Shown here: positions 26,181 through 35,389 of the stretch, piece by piece
Layout of the letters: every line of letters begins with the position of its first letter
How positions within the stretch are numbered: the stretch's first letter is position 1
Origin: an uncultured Lysobacter sp.
Lineage (GTDB): Bacteria; Pseudomonadota; Gammaproteobacteria; Burkholderiales; Usitatibacteraceae
Direction: 5' to 3'
Assembly (NCBI GenBank): GCA_964576455.1
Contig: CAZNWZ010000001.1
Span: 1-60,997 of the forward strand
Length of the DNA: 60,997 nucleotides
Translations under genes and position numbers: made by a program
The notes under the pieces: generated by a model
Seen by the model: the letters and a program-made list of their open reading frames with translations, nothing else
What the model was told of the DNA's origin: nothing
Database searches by the model: none

Positions 26181-27911
26181 CTAGGGCAGCGCCTCGAGGG
26201 CGCGCGCCACCCGCGACTGCGCCAGGACGTAGGGCGAGGCGGCCGCGGCGCTCTCGATCTCGCGCAGGAACTCCCCGAGGTCCGCGCTCGCCTCGGACAT
26301 CATCGCGAGGAAGAGGTCGGCCAGGCGCGGGTCGAACTGGCTTCCCCGCGCGCCCGCGACGTAGGCGACGGCCTCGTCGTGGGTCCAGGCCCGCTTGTAG
26401 GGCCGGTCGTGCGTGAGGGCGTCGTAGACGTCCGCCAGCGCCGCGACGCGCGCGGCGAGCGGGATCGCCTCCGCCGCGAGCCCGTCCGGATAGCCGGTCC
26501 CGTCCCAGCGCTCGTGGTGGTGGCGGGCGATCGCGCGGGCGGCGTCGACCACCGGCAGCGCGCTGCTTTCGAGGATGTCCGCCCCGATGACCGTGTGCGA
26601 GCGCATCAGGTGCATCTCGGTGTCGTCCAGCCGCCCGGGCTTGAGCAGGATCGCGTCCGGGATCACGATCTTGCCGATGTCGTGAAGCCGTGCCGCGAGG
26701 TCCAGCCCCGCGAGCTCCTCCTCCGGCAGGCCCGCGCGGCGGCCCAGGAGCATCGCGAGGCGCCCCACGCGGAAGCAGTGCTTGCCGGTGGCGTCGTCGC
26801 GCAGCTCGGCGGTCACGGCCAGGCGCACCAGCAGGGCCGTGCTCCCGTCTTCCCCGGCCCCGGGGCCCGCGGTCTCGAGAACGGCCGGAACCGGCGCGCC
26901 GGCGAAGCCCGGGCCCCGCAGCATCGCCCAGAGCGCGCGGGCCCGCTCCCGCGAGAGCCGGGCCAGGGTCTCGCCCGCGTGCGCCGCGTCCCCCATGTTC
27001 GCGTACATGGCGGCCAGCACCGCATAAGTCTCGATCACGTAGGCGATGGCGGGAGCGCGCTGCGGCTCGAGGAGGGCGTCGAGCGCCGCGCGGGTGCCGG
27101 GGTCGTTCCCGCGGCGCACGGCGGCCATGGCCCGCAGCACGTCGATGAGCCAGCGCGGGCGCACGCCCTGGTTGGGAAAGGACGCCGCCCGGTCGAGGTG
27201 CGCGAGGGCGTCGTCCACCCGGCCGCGCTGGATGTCCAGGGCCGCCCAGTTGCACAGCGCCGTGCACGCCATGGAGTCGCGAAAGCGGGGCCCCGTCTGC
27301 AGGGCGCAGTCGAGCGCCCGCCGGCACGCTTCCTCGGCGGTCCCTTCCTCCCCGGCGCGCAGGCGGAAGCCCAGGGGGCAGCGCAGCGCCCAGATGTTGC
27401 CTCGCAGCCGCGCGTCGTCGGCGTCCTCGACGACCTTCAGCGCGTGCGCCCAGTGGGCGTCGGCCTGCTGGTAGAGGCCGGCCCAGTCCAGCGCCATGCC
27501 GTAGGTGACCCACGCCTGGGCCTCGTCCACGGTCCGGCCCGCCTGGCGCGCGACGTCCAGGGCGGCCGCCGTGTGCCCCAGGGCCGCGCCCACGTCGTAG
27601 TTGAGGAGCTCGATCTCGCCGAGCCGCAGGAGCAGCCGGATGCGCAGCGCCGGGTCCGCGCCCTCGGCGATCCCGGTGGCCGTCCGCAGCAGCTCGGCGG
27701 CGCGGGCCGCGCTCCCGGTCCGGTAGAACTGGTGGCTCGCCAGCAGGAGCCCGCGCACGGCGACCTCGCGCAGCTCGAGGGCGTCCGAGGCCGCCACGGC
27801 GCACAGGCGCCCGGCCACCGCGGCCGCCAGGCGTTCCGCCGCGGGCGAGGACGGGGCGTCCAGGCAGGCTTCGAGCGCGGCGACGTCCTCGGCGATCGTC
27901 AGCGGGGTCAT
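26181..27911 (-). CDS. HD-GYP domain c-di-GMP phosphodiesterase with about 350-aa N-terminal TPR-like helical-repeat region, 576 aa
   Basis: HD-GYP motifs are LHDIGKIVIP and HHHERWDGTGYPDGL. The N-terminal half consists of repeated amphipathic helix pairs. Confidence 0.85.
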   Translation of the reverse strand: MTPLTIAEDVAALEACLDAPSSPAAERLAAAVAGRLCAVAASDALELREVAVRGLLLASHQFYRTGSAARAAELLRTATGIAEGADPALRIRLLLRLGEIELLNYDVGAALGHTAAALDVARQAGRTVDEAQAWVTYGMALDWAGLYQQADAHWAHALKVVEDADDARLRGNIWALRCPLGFRLRAGEEGTAEEACRRALDCALQTGPRFRDSMACTALCNWAALDIQRGRVDDALAHLDRAASFPNQGVRPRWLIDVLRAMAAVRRGNDPGTRAALDALLEPQRAPAIAYVIETYAVLAAMYANMGDAAHAGETLARLSRERARALWAMLRGPGFAGAPVPAVLETAGPGAGEDGSTALLVRLAVTAELRDDATGKHCFRVGRLAMLLGRRAGLPEEELAGLDLAARLHDIGKIVIPDAILLKPGRLDDTEMHLMRSHTVIGADILESSALPVVDAARAIARHHHERWDGTGYPDGLAAEAIPLAARVAALADVYDALTHDRPYKRAWTHDEAVAYVAGARGSQFDPRLADLFLAMMSEASADLGEFLREIESAAAASPYVLAQSRVARALEALP

Positions 27912-27985
27912 GGCGGCATGATGCCCAAACGGAAGCCGGGGCGCGAACGCAGGGGCGGGCCGCGGGCGGCCGCCTTTCCGGCGGC

Positions 27986-28267
27986 TCAGCCCGGGGGGGG
28001 CGAGAGCTCCTCCAGCATCCGCCGGAGGTTGTCCTCCATCATCTTGCGGTACTGCGCGCCGAAGAGGTCCAGCGCCTCCTCGGGCGCCTGCCGGCCCGGC
28101 GCGCCGCTCATGGCCCAGGCGAAGGCGCCGTAGCGCGAGGCCGCCCAGAGGATCGCGGCCGCCACGCGCGCGCGCCCGTGCTCCTCGGCGAGGTCGTTGG
28201 CCTGCGCCACGAACCGGTTGGCCAGGTCGAAGAAGGCCTTCGCGTCCTCGGGGATCGACTCGCTCAC
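27986..28267 (-). CDS. DUF3144 domain-containing protein, 93 aa
   Basis: The GTG start overlaps the stop of the upstream oxidase gene (GTGA). The sequence FFDLANRFVAQANDL...AAAILWAASRYGAF matches my recollection of the DUF3144 family. Confidence 0.6.
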   Translation of the reverse strand: MSESIPEDAKAFFDLANRFVAQANDLAEEHGRARVAAAILWAASRYGAFAWAMSGAPGRQAPEEALDLFGAQYRKMMEDNLRRMLEELSPPPG

Positions 28268-29694
28268 GGGCGGAGCACCTTGCCGGGGTTCATGATCCCG
28301 CGCGGGTCGAGGGTCCTCTTCACGGCGCGCATGAGCTCGAGCTCGACCGCCGGCTTGTAGTGCGGCAGCTCGTCGCGCTTGAGCGTCCCGATGCCGTGCT
28401 CGGCGCTGATCGAGCCGCCCAGCCGCCGCACGATGCCGTAGACCACGCGGTTCACCTGCGGCGTCCACTGGCCGAAGTCGGGCTTCTCGCCCGGCGGCGG
28501 GAAGGCGTTGTAGTGGAGGTTGCCGTCCCCCACGTGCCCGAAGGCCAGCAGGCGGACGCCGGGAAAGGCCGCGCGCAGGGCGCGGTCGGCCTCGTCGATG
28601 AACCCGACGATGCGGCTCACCGGCACGGAGACGTCGTGCTTGACGCTCACCCCCTCCGCCTTCTGCGCGTCCGAGGTGTTCTCGCGCAGCTCCCACAGCG
28701 CCAGCCGCTGCGCCTCGCTCGAGGCGATCACCGCGTCGGTGACCAGGCCGGCCTCGGCGGCCTCGCCCAGCGCGTCCTCGAGGAGCTGCGCGAGGGAGCC
28801 TCCCGCCGTGCTGTCGAAGAGCTCCACGAGCGCGTACCACGGGTAGGGCTCGGCGAAGGGGTCGCGGCGGTCCGGGATGTGCCGGAAGACGAGGTCCAGG
28901 CACGCGCGCGCGATGAGCTCGAAGCCCGTGACGCGCTCGCCGCAGGCGGCGCGCAGCCGGCCGAGGAGGGCGACCGCCGCGGCCGGGTCGGGCACGGCGA
29001 CCAGCGCCGTCGCGATCGCCCGCGGCCGCGGGTAGAGCTTGAGCACGGCCGCCGTCACGATCCCGAGCGTGCCCTCGGCGCCGATGAAGAGGTGCTTGAG
29101 GTCGTAGCCGGTGTTGTCCTTGCGCAGGCCCCGCAGGCCGTCCCACACGCGGCCGTCCGGCAGCACGACTTCCAGCCCCAGCACCTGCTCGCGCATGTTG
29201 CCGTAGCGCAGCACCTGGGTGCCGCCGGCGTTGGTGGAGATGTTGCCGCCCACCTCGCAGCTGCCCTCCGCGCCCAGCGACAGGGGGAAGAAGCGGTCGT
29301 TCTCGGCCGCCACGCGCTGCAGCTCCGCGAGGACGCAGCCGGCCTCGACGGTGATCGTGTTGTTCTCGAGGTCGACGGCGCGCACGCGGTTCAGGCGCGA
29401 GACGTTGACGATGACCTGCGCGCCCGAGTCGTCGGGGACCGAGGCGCCGCACAGGCTGGTGTTGCCCGCCTGCGGGACGATGCCCACGCCGGCCCCGGCG
29501 AGCAGGGCGACCACGTCGGCCGTCTCCTGCGTGGAGGCGGGCCGGACCAGCAGGGCCGGCCGGCCGCGGATCTGCCCGCGCCAGTCCACGGAGAAGGGCT
29601 CGAGGTCGGCGGCCGTGGTGACCAGGCCGCGCTCGCCGACGATCGCGCGCAGGCGCTCGGCGAGGGCTTCGGGAAGTGCGGGTCGGTCGTTCAT
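28264..29694 (-). CDS. FAD-binding oxidoreductase, GlcD / D-2-hydroxyacid dehydrogenase family, 476 aa
   Basis: The FAD-binding PCMH-type N-domain shows PQAGNTSLCGASVP and GGNISTNAGG. The C-terminal FAD-oxidase domain ends GSISAEHGIG and LDPRGIMNPGK. Confidence 0.85.
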   Translation of the reverse strand: MNDRPALPEALAERLRAIVGERGLVTTAADLEPFSVDWRGQIRGRPALLVRPASTQETADVVALLAGAGVGIVPQAGNTSLCGASVPDDSGAQVIVNVSRLNRVRAVDLENNTITVEAGCVLAELQRVAAENDRFFPLSLGAEGSCEVGGNISTNAGGTQVLRYGNMREQVLGLEVVLPDGRVWDGLRGLRKDNTGYDLKHLFIGAEGTLGIVTAAVLKLYPRPRAIATALVAVPDPAAAVALLGRLRAACGERVTGFELIARACLDLVFRHIPDRRDPFAEPYPWYALVELFDSTAGGSLAQLLEDALGEAAEAGLVTDAVIASSEAQRLALWELRENTSDAQKAEGVSVKHDVSVPVSRIVGFIDEADRALRAAFPGVRLLAFGHVGDGNLHYNAFPPPGEKPDFGQWTPQVNRVVYGIVRRLGGSISAEHGIGTLKRDELPHYKPAVELELMRAVKRTLDPRGIMNPGKVLRP

Positions 29695-29707
29695 CGGCGG
29701 CGCCGGG

Positions 29708-30187
29708 CTAGAGCCGGATCCTCTCGAGAAGGCGGGTCGTGGAGCGGTCGTGCCGGAAGGCGATGGCGTGCACCGTGCCCCCCCAGCTGCGCACCTCCGC
29801 CGCGCCGACGATGCGGTCGGGGGCCCAGTCCCCGCCCTTCACGAGGCGGTCGGGGCGGCACTCCAGGATGCGCGCGAGGGGGGTGTCCTCGTCGAACCAG
29901 GTGACGAGCGAGACGCTCTCCAACGCCGCCACCACCGCGAGCCGGTCCTCGAGCGCGTTGATGGGCCGGTCCCCGCCCTTGCCGAGGCGGCGCACGGACG
30001 CGTCGGTGTTGAGCGCGATCGCCAGGGCCGCGCCCAGCGCGCGCGCCTCGGCGAGGTAGGTCACGTGGCCGCGGTGCAGGATGTCGAAGACGCCGTTGGT
30101 GAAGACGAGCGGGCGGGCGAGGCCGGCCGCGCGCGCCGGGAAATCGCGCGGGTCGCAGATCTTCGCCTCGAACGCCGGGACGGACAT
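29708..30187 (-). CDS. rfaE2: D-glycero-beta-D-manno-heptose 1-phosphate adenylyltransferase (RfaE domain II / HldC), 159 aa
   Basis: The cytidylyltransferase HxGH motif is GVFDILHRGHVTYL. Size and the C-terminus STTRLLERI are typical of the stand-alone RfaE domain II. Confidence 0.8.
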   Translation of the reverse strand: MSVPAFEAKICDPRDFPARAAGLARPLVFTNGVFDILHRGHVTYLAEARALGAALAIALNTDASVRRLGKGGDRPINALEDRLAVVAALESVSLVTWFDEDTPLARILECRPDRLVKGGDWAPDRIVGAAEVRSWGGTVHAIAFRHDRSTTRLLERIRL

Positions 30188-30208
30188 GCGCCCATTCTAG
30201 AAGGGAAT

Positions 30209-30257
30209 CGGGGTCAGGTTACTTTGCACAAAAATTGTGCAAAGTAACCTGACCCCG
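30209..30257. repeat. REP-like perfect palindrome, copy 2 of 3 (23-bp stem, AAA loop)
   Basis: The sequence is CGGGGTCAGGTTACTTTGCACAA-AAA-TTGTGCAAAGTAACCTGACCCCG. It lies between two divergent gene starts (30187 on the minus strand, 30320 on the plus strand). Confidence 0.9.
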
Positions 30258-30319
30258 TTTCCGCATGGGCCCTTGGTCCGATGGGAGGCGGGGGCGACCT
30301 GCCCCAACCTAGCGCGCTT

Positions 30320-31582
30320 ATGTCCAGGATCGCCGTCATCGGAGCCGGAATCTCCGGGCTCGCCAGCGCGTGGCTGCTCTCGAAGCGCCACGAGGTGGTG
30401 CTTTTCGAGGCCAACGCGTATCCCGGGGGCCACACGAATACCGTGGACGCCACCGTGGACGGCATTACCCATCCGGTGGATACGGGCTTTCTCGTCTTCA
30501 ACGACCGGACCTACCCCAACCTGGTGCAGCTCTTCGCCGCCCTCGGGGTGCAGGCCGCCGACTCGGACATGTCCTTCTCCGTGCGCATCGGCGACGGGGC
30601 GCTGGAATGGTCGGGCACCTCCCTCGCCACGGTGTTCGCGCAGCCTTCGAACCTGGTGAACCCCTCGTTCCTGCGCATGCTCTCCGACCTGCTGCGCTTC
30701 AACCGCGAGGCCTCGCGGCTCGCCGCCTCCGGCGGCGCGGTCACCGGCACGCTCGGCGAGTGGCTCGACGCGCGCGGCTACGGCCGCGAGGTGCGCGAGC
30801 TCTACCTCGTGCCGATGGCCGCCTGCATCTGGTCGACGCCGGCCACGCAGATCAACCGCTTCCCGATGCAGACCTTCCTGCAGTTCTGCGCGAACCACGG
30901 GCTTCTCGCGGTCACCAACCGGCCGCAGTGGCGCACGGTGCGGGGCGGCGCGCGCGAGTACGTGCGACGGCTGGTGGCGGACCTGCCGGACGTGCGGCTC
31001 TCCACGCCGGTGCGCCAGGTGCGGCGCTTTCCCGACCGGGCCGAGGTGGCCACCGACGCGGGCGCCGAGCGCTTCGACCAGGTGGTGCTCGCGACCCACA
31101 CCGACCAGTCGCTCGCGATGCTGGAGCACCCCTCCACCGAGGAGCGCGCGGTGCTCAAGGCCATCCCCTACCAGCCCAATGTCGCGGTGCTGCACACGGA
31201 CGAGCGCCTGCTGCCGCGCCGGCGCCGCGCGTGGGCGAGCTGGAACTTCCACGCGCCCAGGCCCGGGCTCTCCGACGAGCCGGTCTCGCTCACCTACCTC
31301 CTCAACCGGCTGCAGCCGCTGCCCTTCTCCTCGCCGGTGATGGTGACCCTGAACCCCGTGGACGCCCCGCGGCAGGAGCGCGTGCTCGCGAGCTTCGACT
31401 ACCACCACCCGGCCTTCCTCGAGGGCTCCGACGAGGCCAAGCGGCGCGTGGCCACGCTGCAGGGCCGAGACCGCACCTGGTATTGCGGCGCCTGGACGCG
31501 CCACGGCTTCCACGAGGACGGGCTGGTCTCGGCGGTGAACGTCGCCCGGCAGATGGGCGTCCCGATCCCCTGGGCGGCGTGA
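30320..31582 (+). CDS. NAD(P)/FAD-dependent oxidoreductase (amine-oxidase/phytoene-desaturase-like flavoprotein), 420 aa
   Basis: An in-frame ATG 13 codons into the ORF gives the Rossmann start MSRIAVIGAGISGLASAW...FEA....GGH. It is the first gene of a conserved fatty-acid-modification cluster. Confidence 0.8.
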   Translation: MSRIAVIGAGISGLASAWLLSKRHEVVLFEANAYPGGHTNTVDATVDGITHPVDTGFLVFNDRTYPNLVQLFAALGVQAADSDMSFSVRIGDGALEWSGTSLATVFAQPSNLVNPSFLRMLSDLLRFNREASRLAASGGAVTGTLGEWLDARGYGREVRELYLVPMAACIWSTPATQINRFPMQTFLQFCANHGLLAVTNRPQWRTVRGGAREYVRRLVADLPDVRLSTPVRQVRRFPDRAEVATDAGAERFDQVVLATHTDQSLAMLEHPSTEERAVLKAIPYQPNVAVLHTDERLLPRRRRAWASWNFHAPRPGLSDEPVSLTYLLNRLQPLPFSSPVMVTLNPVDAPRQERVLASFDYHHPAFLEGSDEAKRRVATLQGRDRTWYCGAWTRHGFHEDGLVSAVNVARQMGVPIPWAA

Positions 31583-32340
31583 TGCAGGCGCAGATCCTCT
31601 TCGGGCGCGTGTTCCACGCCCGCCGCCGGCCGGTGCGCCACGCGTTCGCCTACCCGGTCTTCTTCCTGCGCGTGCCGCTCTCGGCGATGGCCGGGGCCGG
31701 CCGGGGCATCCTCTCGGTGGACCGCTGGAACCTCCTCTCGCTCATGAGCCGCGACCACGGACCGCGCGACGGCTCGCCGCTCGAGCCGTGGGTGCGCTCG
31801 CAGCTCGCCCGCGCCGGGGTGCGAAACGCCGACGGCGAGATCCTGCTGCAGGCCTTCCCGCGCGTGCTGGGCTACGTCTTCAACCCCATCGCCATCTACT
31901 ACTGCCACGACCGCGCGGGCGCCCTTCGCGCGGTGCTGTGCGAGGTGTCCAACACCTTCGGCGAGCGCCACAACTACCTCCTCGCGCACGCGGACGGCCG
32001 CCCCATCGGGCCGCGCGACTGGCTTCGCGCGCAGAAGGTCTTCCACGTCTCGCCCTTCTGCGAGGTGGAAGGCTTCTACCGCTTCCGATTCGCCGGCGAC
32101 GCCGCGGGCCAGCTCGCGCACATCGACTACCACGACCGGGACGGCAAGCTCCTCGCCACCTTCATCGACGGGCGCGCCGAGGCGATCGGGGCCCGCTCGC
32201 TCGCGAAGGCCTTCCTCGGCTATCCCCTCCTCACCGCGGGCGTGATCGCCCGAATCCACTGGCAGGCGCTCAGGCTGTGGCTCAAGCGCGTGCCGTTCTT
32301 CACCAAGCCCGAGCCGCCGCTCCAGGAGACGACCCGGTGA
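31582..32340 (+). CDS. DUF1365 domain-containing protein, 252 aa
   Basis: The ATG overlaps the upstream TGA by 1 nt (TGATG). The strings GRVFHARRRPVRHAFAYPVFFLRVPL, GYVFNPIAIYYC and FHVSPF are typical of DUF1365. Confidence 0.8.
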   Translation: MQAQILFGRVFHARRRPVRHAFAYPVFFLRVPLSAMAGAGRGILSVDRWNLLSLMSRDHGPRDGSPLEPWVRSQLARAGVRNADGEILLQAFPRVLGYVFNPIAIYYCHDRAGALRAVLCEVSNTFGERHNYLLAHADGRPIGPRDWLRAQKVFHVSPFCEVEGFYRFRFAGDAAGQLAHIDYHDRDGKLLATFIDGRAEAIGARSLAKAFLGYPLLTAGVIARIHWQALRLWLKRVPFFTKPEPPLQETTR

Positions 32341-33551
32341 ATTCCGCCCAGCACGCCGCGCAGCTTCCCGCCCCCACCTACGCCGCCCGCATCCTGTTCG
32401 GGGTGCTCTCGCGCCTGCGCCGCGGGCGGCTCGCCGTCACCTCGCCCGAGGGCGTGCGGCGCGTCTTCGCCGGCGCCGAGGAAGGCCCCTCGGCCGACCT
32501 CGAGATCCGCGACTGGCGGGCCGTGGGCCGCATGGTCCGCGCGGCCGACATCGGCGTGGCCGAGTGCTGGCGCGACGGGCTCATCGCCACCCGCGACATG
32601 ACGGCGCTGCTCGCCCTGTGCGAGGCCAACCAGCAGGCGCTCGAGTCGGTCTTCTACGGCAACCCCGGGGTCGCCTTCCTCTACCGGTTGGCGCACCTGC
32701 TCCGCCCCAACACGCGCGCGGGCTCCCGGAAGAACATCCACGCCCACTACGACCTCGGCAACGACTTCTACGCGCTGTGGCTCGACCGCACGATGACCTA
32801 CTCCTCGGCCCTCTTCGCCCCGGGGCTCGACGGCTCGCTCGAGCGGGCGCAGGAGGCCAAGTACGAGCGCCTGCTGGACGCGCTGGGCGTGCACGCGGGG
32901 CACCGCGTGCTCGAGATCGGCTGCGGCTGGGGGGGCTTCGCGGAGTACGCCGTGCGCACGCGCGGGTGCCGCTGGACCGGCATCACGATCTCGCGCGCCC
33001 AGCTCGACTTCGCGCGCGAGCGCATCCGCAAGGCCGGGCTCGAGGACCGCGTCGAGCTGCGCTTCCAGGACTACCGCGACCTCGACGGCGCCTGGGACCG
33101 CGTCGTCTCGGTGGAGATGATCGAGGCCGTGGGCGAGCGGTGGTGGCCGGCGTACTTCCGGCAGCTGCACGAGCGCCTCGTGCCGGGCGGCAGGGCCGCC
33201 ATCCAGGCGATCACCATCGACGCGGCGGCCTTCCCGAAGTACCGGCGCACGAGCGACTTCATCCGGGAATACATCTTCCCCGGCGGGATGCTCGCGCCCG
33301 TGGAGCGCCTGGCGGCGGAGGCGCGCGCGGCCGGGCTCGCCGTGCACGAGCCCTTCCGCTTCGGGCCGCACTACGCCGAGACGCTTCGCCGCTGGCGCGA
33401 GGCCGTCGACGCGAAGGAGCGCGAGATCAAGGCCCTCGGGTTCGACGACCGGTTCCTCGCGATCTGGCGCTTCTACCTGCACTACTGCGAGGTGGGGTTC
33501 GACGCCGGGCGCATCGACGTGGTGCACCTGGAGATGGAGAGGCCGGCGTGA
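32337..33551 (+). CDS. Cyclopropane-fatty-acyl-phospholipid synthase family SAM-dependent methyltransferase, 404 aa
   Basis: The GTG start overlaps the upstream stop (GTGA). Family strings are HYDLGNDFYALWLD.TMTYSSALF, SAM motif I VLEIGCGWGG, and SVEMIEAVG. Confidence 0.85.
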   Translation: MNSAQHAAQLPAPTYAARILFGVLSRLRRGRLAVTSPEGVRRVFAGAEEGPSADLEIRDWRAVGRMVRAADIGVAECWRDGLIATRDMTALLALCEANQQALESVFYGNPGVAFLYRLAHLLRPNTRAGSRKNIHAHYDLGNDFYALWLDRTMTYSSALFAPGLDGSLERAQEAKYERLLDALGVHAGHRVLEIGCGWGGFAEYAVRTRGCRWTGITISRAQLDFARERIRKAGLEDRVELRFQDYRDLDGAWDRVVSVEMIEAVGERWWPAYFRQLHERLVPGGRAAIQAITIDAAAFPKYRRTSDFIREYIFPGGMLAPVERLAAEARAAGLAVHEPFRFGPHYAETLRRWREAVDAKEREIKALGFDDRFLAIWRFYLHYCEVGFDAGRIDVVHLEMERPA

Positions 33552-34087
33552 GGCGGGCGCTCCTGGCGGCGCTCGCCCTCGCCGCGGCGCTCGCGCAGGC
33601 ACAGCCCGCGCAGGCCTCGCCGCCGCTGCCGGTGGCGCTCGCCTCGGAGATGCCGACGCTCAAGCCCCTGGGCGAGGGGCGGCTGCGCTGGTTCGGGCTG
33701 CACGTCTACGACTCCTCGCTGTGGGTGCCCGGCGACGCGTGGTCCTTCGACCGCGTCTTCGCCCTCGACATCCGCTACGCGATGAACATCAAGGGGCGCG
33801 ACCTGACCCAGCGCAGCCTCGAGGAGATGCGCCGGCTGGGGTTCACCGATCCGGCCCGGCTCAGGCGCTGGGAGGAGGCGATGGACCGGCTCTTTCCCGA
33901 CATCCGGCCCGGCGACCGGCTGGTGGGCCTGAGCATCCCGGGGCGCGAGGCGCGCTTCTACAGCCAGGACCGGCTGCTGGGCACGGTGCCGGACCCGGAA
34001 TTCGCGCGCGCCTTCTTCGCCATCTGGCTGGACGAGCGCACGAGCGAGCCGAAGCTGCGCGCGCGGATGCTCCGGCTCGCCGAGTAG
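33548..34087 (+). CDS. Chalcone-isomerase-like family protein, secreted, 179 aa
   Basis: It has a GTGA-coupled start and the signal peptide ALLAALALAAALAQA. Size and position after the CFA-synthase-like gene match the CHI-like member of this conserved cluster. Confidence 0.6.
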   Translation: MRRALLAALALAAALAQAQPAQASPPLPVALASEMPTLKPLGEGRLRWFGLHVYDSSLWVPGDAWSFDRVFALDIRYAMNIKGRDLTQRSLEEMRRLGFTDPARLRRWEEAMDRLFPDIRPGDRLVGLSIPGREARFYSQDRLLGTVPDPEFARAFFAIWLDERTSEPKLRARMLRLAE

Positions 34088-34096
34088 GGGCCGCCC

Positions 34097-35389
34097 GTGC
34101 CCGCGCGACCCACGAGCCTCGAGCTCGCGGCCTACGGCGCGCTGGGGCTGCCGCTCGCCATGGCGGCGCTGCCCATCTACGTGCACGTGCCGAAGTTCTA
34201 CGCCGACACGCTGGGCCTGTCGCTCGCGGGCGTGGGCGCGATCCTGCTCGCGGCGCGCATCGTGGACGCGGTGCAGGACCCGTTCTTCGGCTGGTGGAGC
34301 GACCGGGCGCGCGCCCGGGGCTCGAGCCGCTGGGCCTTCGTGGCGGCGGGCGCGCCGCTGCTGGCCCTGGGCATGGCCGGGCTCTTCCACCCGCCCGCGG
34401 CGGGCCCGGGGGGGCTCTCGTGGTGGCTCGTCGCGAACCTCGTGCTGGTGTACACGGCCTTCAGCCTCGTCACCGTGAGCTACCAGGCGCACGGCGCGGA
34501 GATCACCGACGACGTGGCGGGGCGCACGCGGGTGACGGCCTGGCGCGAGGGCTTCGCCCTCGTGGGCGTCTTCCTCGCCGCCGCGCTGCCGGAGGTGCTG
34601 CGCCAGTCGCTGGGCGAGCGCGAGGGCTTCGCCCGCTTCGCGGTGCTCTTCGCCCCGCTCGTGCTGGTGGCGGCCGCGATCACGATCCTCGCCTCGCCCC
34701 CGGCCCACCCGCGGCGCCCGCCCGCGGGCACGGCCGCGCTCGGGTCGTTCACCGTCCCGCTGGCCAACGCCCCCTTCCGGCGCCTGCTCGCGATCTTCAT
34801 GCTGAACGGCATCGCGGCCTCGATTCCCGCCACCCTCGTGCTGTTCTTCATCGAGGACGTGGTGCGCCGCCCCGACCTCGGCCCCGCCTTCCTCGTCGCC
34901 TACTTCGCGGCGGGCGCGGCGGGACTGCCGTTCTGGGTGTGGCTCTCGCGGCGCATCGGCAAGGGGCGCGCCTGGCTCATCGCGATGGGGATGTCCATCG
35001 CCGCCTTCGTGTGGGCCTTCCTGCTGGGGCCCGGCGACGTGGCGGCCTATCTCGCCATCTGCGTGCTGTCGGGCATCGGGCTGGGGGCCGACCTCGCGCT
35101 CCCGCCGTCGCTGCTCGCCGACGTGATCGACGGCGACGAGGCGCGCGGGGCGGGGCGCCACGAGGGCGCCTACTTCGGGCTGTGGAGCCTCGTGACGAAG
35201 CTCAACCTGGCGCTCGCGGCCGGAATCGCCCTGCCGCTGCTGCAGGCCTTCGGCTACGCGCCGGGGGCGGAGAGTTCCCCGGAACCCCTGCTCGTCCTCG
35301 CGGCGGTGTACGCGCTGGTGCCCTGTGCGCTGAAGCTCGCCGCGGCGGGGGTTCTTTGGGCTTCACCGTTTGCCGCTGCGCGGGGGTAA
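34097..35389 (+). CDS. MFS transporter (GPH/sugar-cation symporter-like), 430 aa
   Basis: It has 12 predicted hydrophobic segments, an N-terminus ALGLPLAMAALPIYVHVPKFYAD and DAVQDPFFGWWSDR. The last 5 codons and the stop lie inside the left arm of the 206-bp inverted-repeat element. Confidence 0.75.
   Translation: MPARPTSLELAAYGALGLPLAMAALPIYVHVPKFYADTLGLSLAGVGAILLAARIVDAVQDPFFGWWSDRARARGSSRWAFVAAGAPLLALGMAGLFHPPAAGPGGLSWWLVANLVLVYTAFSLVTVSYQAHGAEITDDVAGRTRVTAWREGFALVGVFLAAALPEVLRQSLGEREGFARFAVLFAPLVLVAAAITILASPPAHPRRPPAGTAALGSFTVPLANAPFRRLLAIFMLNGIAASIPATLVLFFIEDVVRRPDLGPAFLVAYFAAGAAGLPFWVWLSRRIGKGRAWLIAMGMSIAAFVWAFLLGPGDVAAYLAICVLSGIGLGADLALPPSLLADVIDGDEARGAGRHEGAYFGLWSLVTKLNLALAAGIALPLLQAFGYAPGAESSPEPLLVLAAVYALVPCALKLAAAGVLWASPFAAARG

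Noticed and set aside
27950-27985. A GCCGCC-GGAAA-GGCGGC hairpin after the DUF3144 gene as an intrinsic terminator.
   Set aside because: The stem is only 6 bp and no U-tract follows, so it cannot be distinguished from chance GC-rich self-complementarity.
30209-30257. Interpreting the REP-like palindromes as plain Rho-independent terminators.
   Set aside because: Copy 2 lies between two divergent gene starts where no transcript should end, and none of the copies has a downstream T-tract on either strand.
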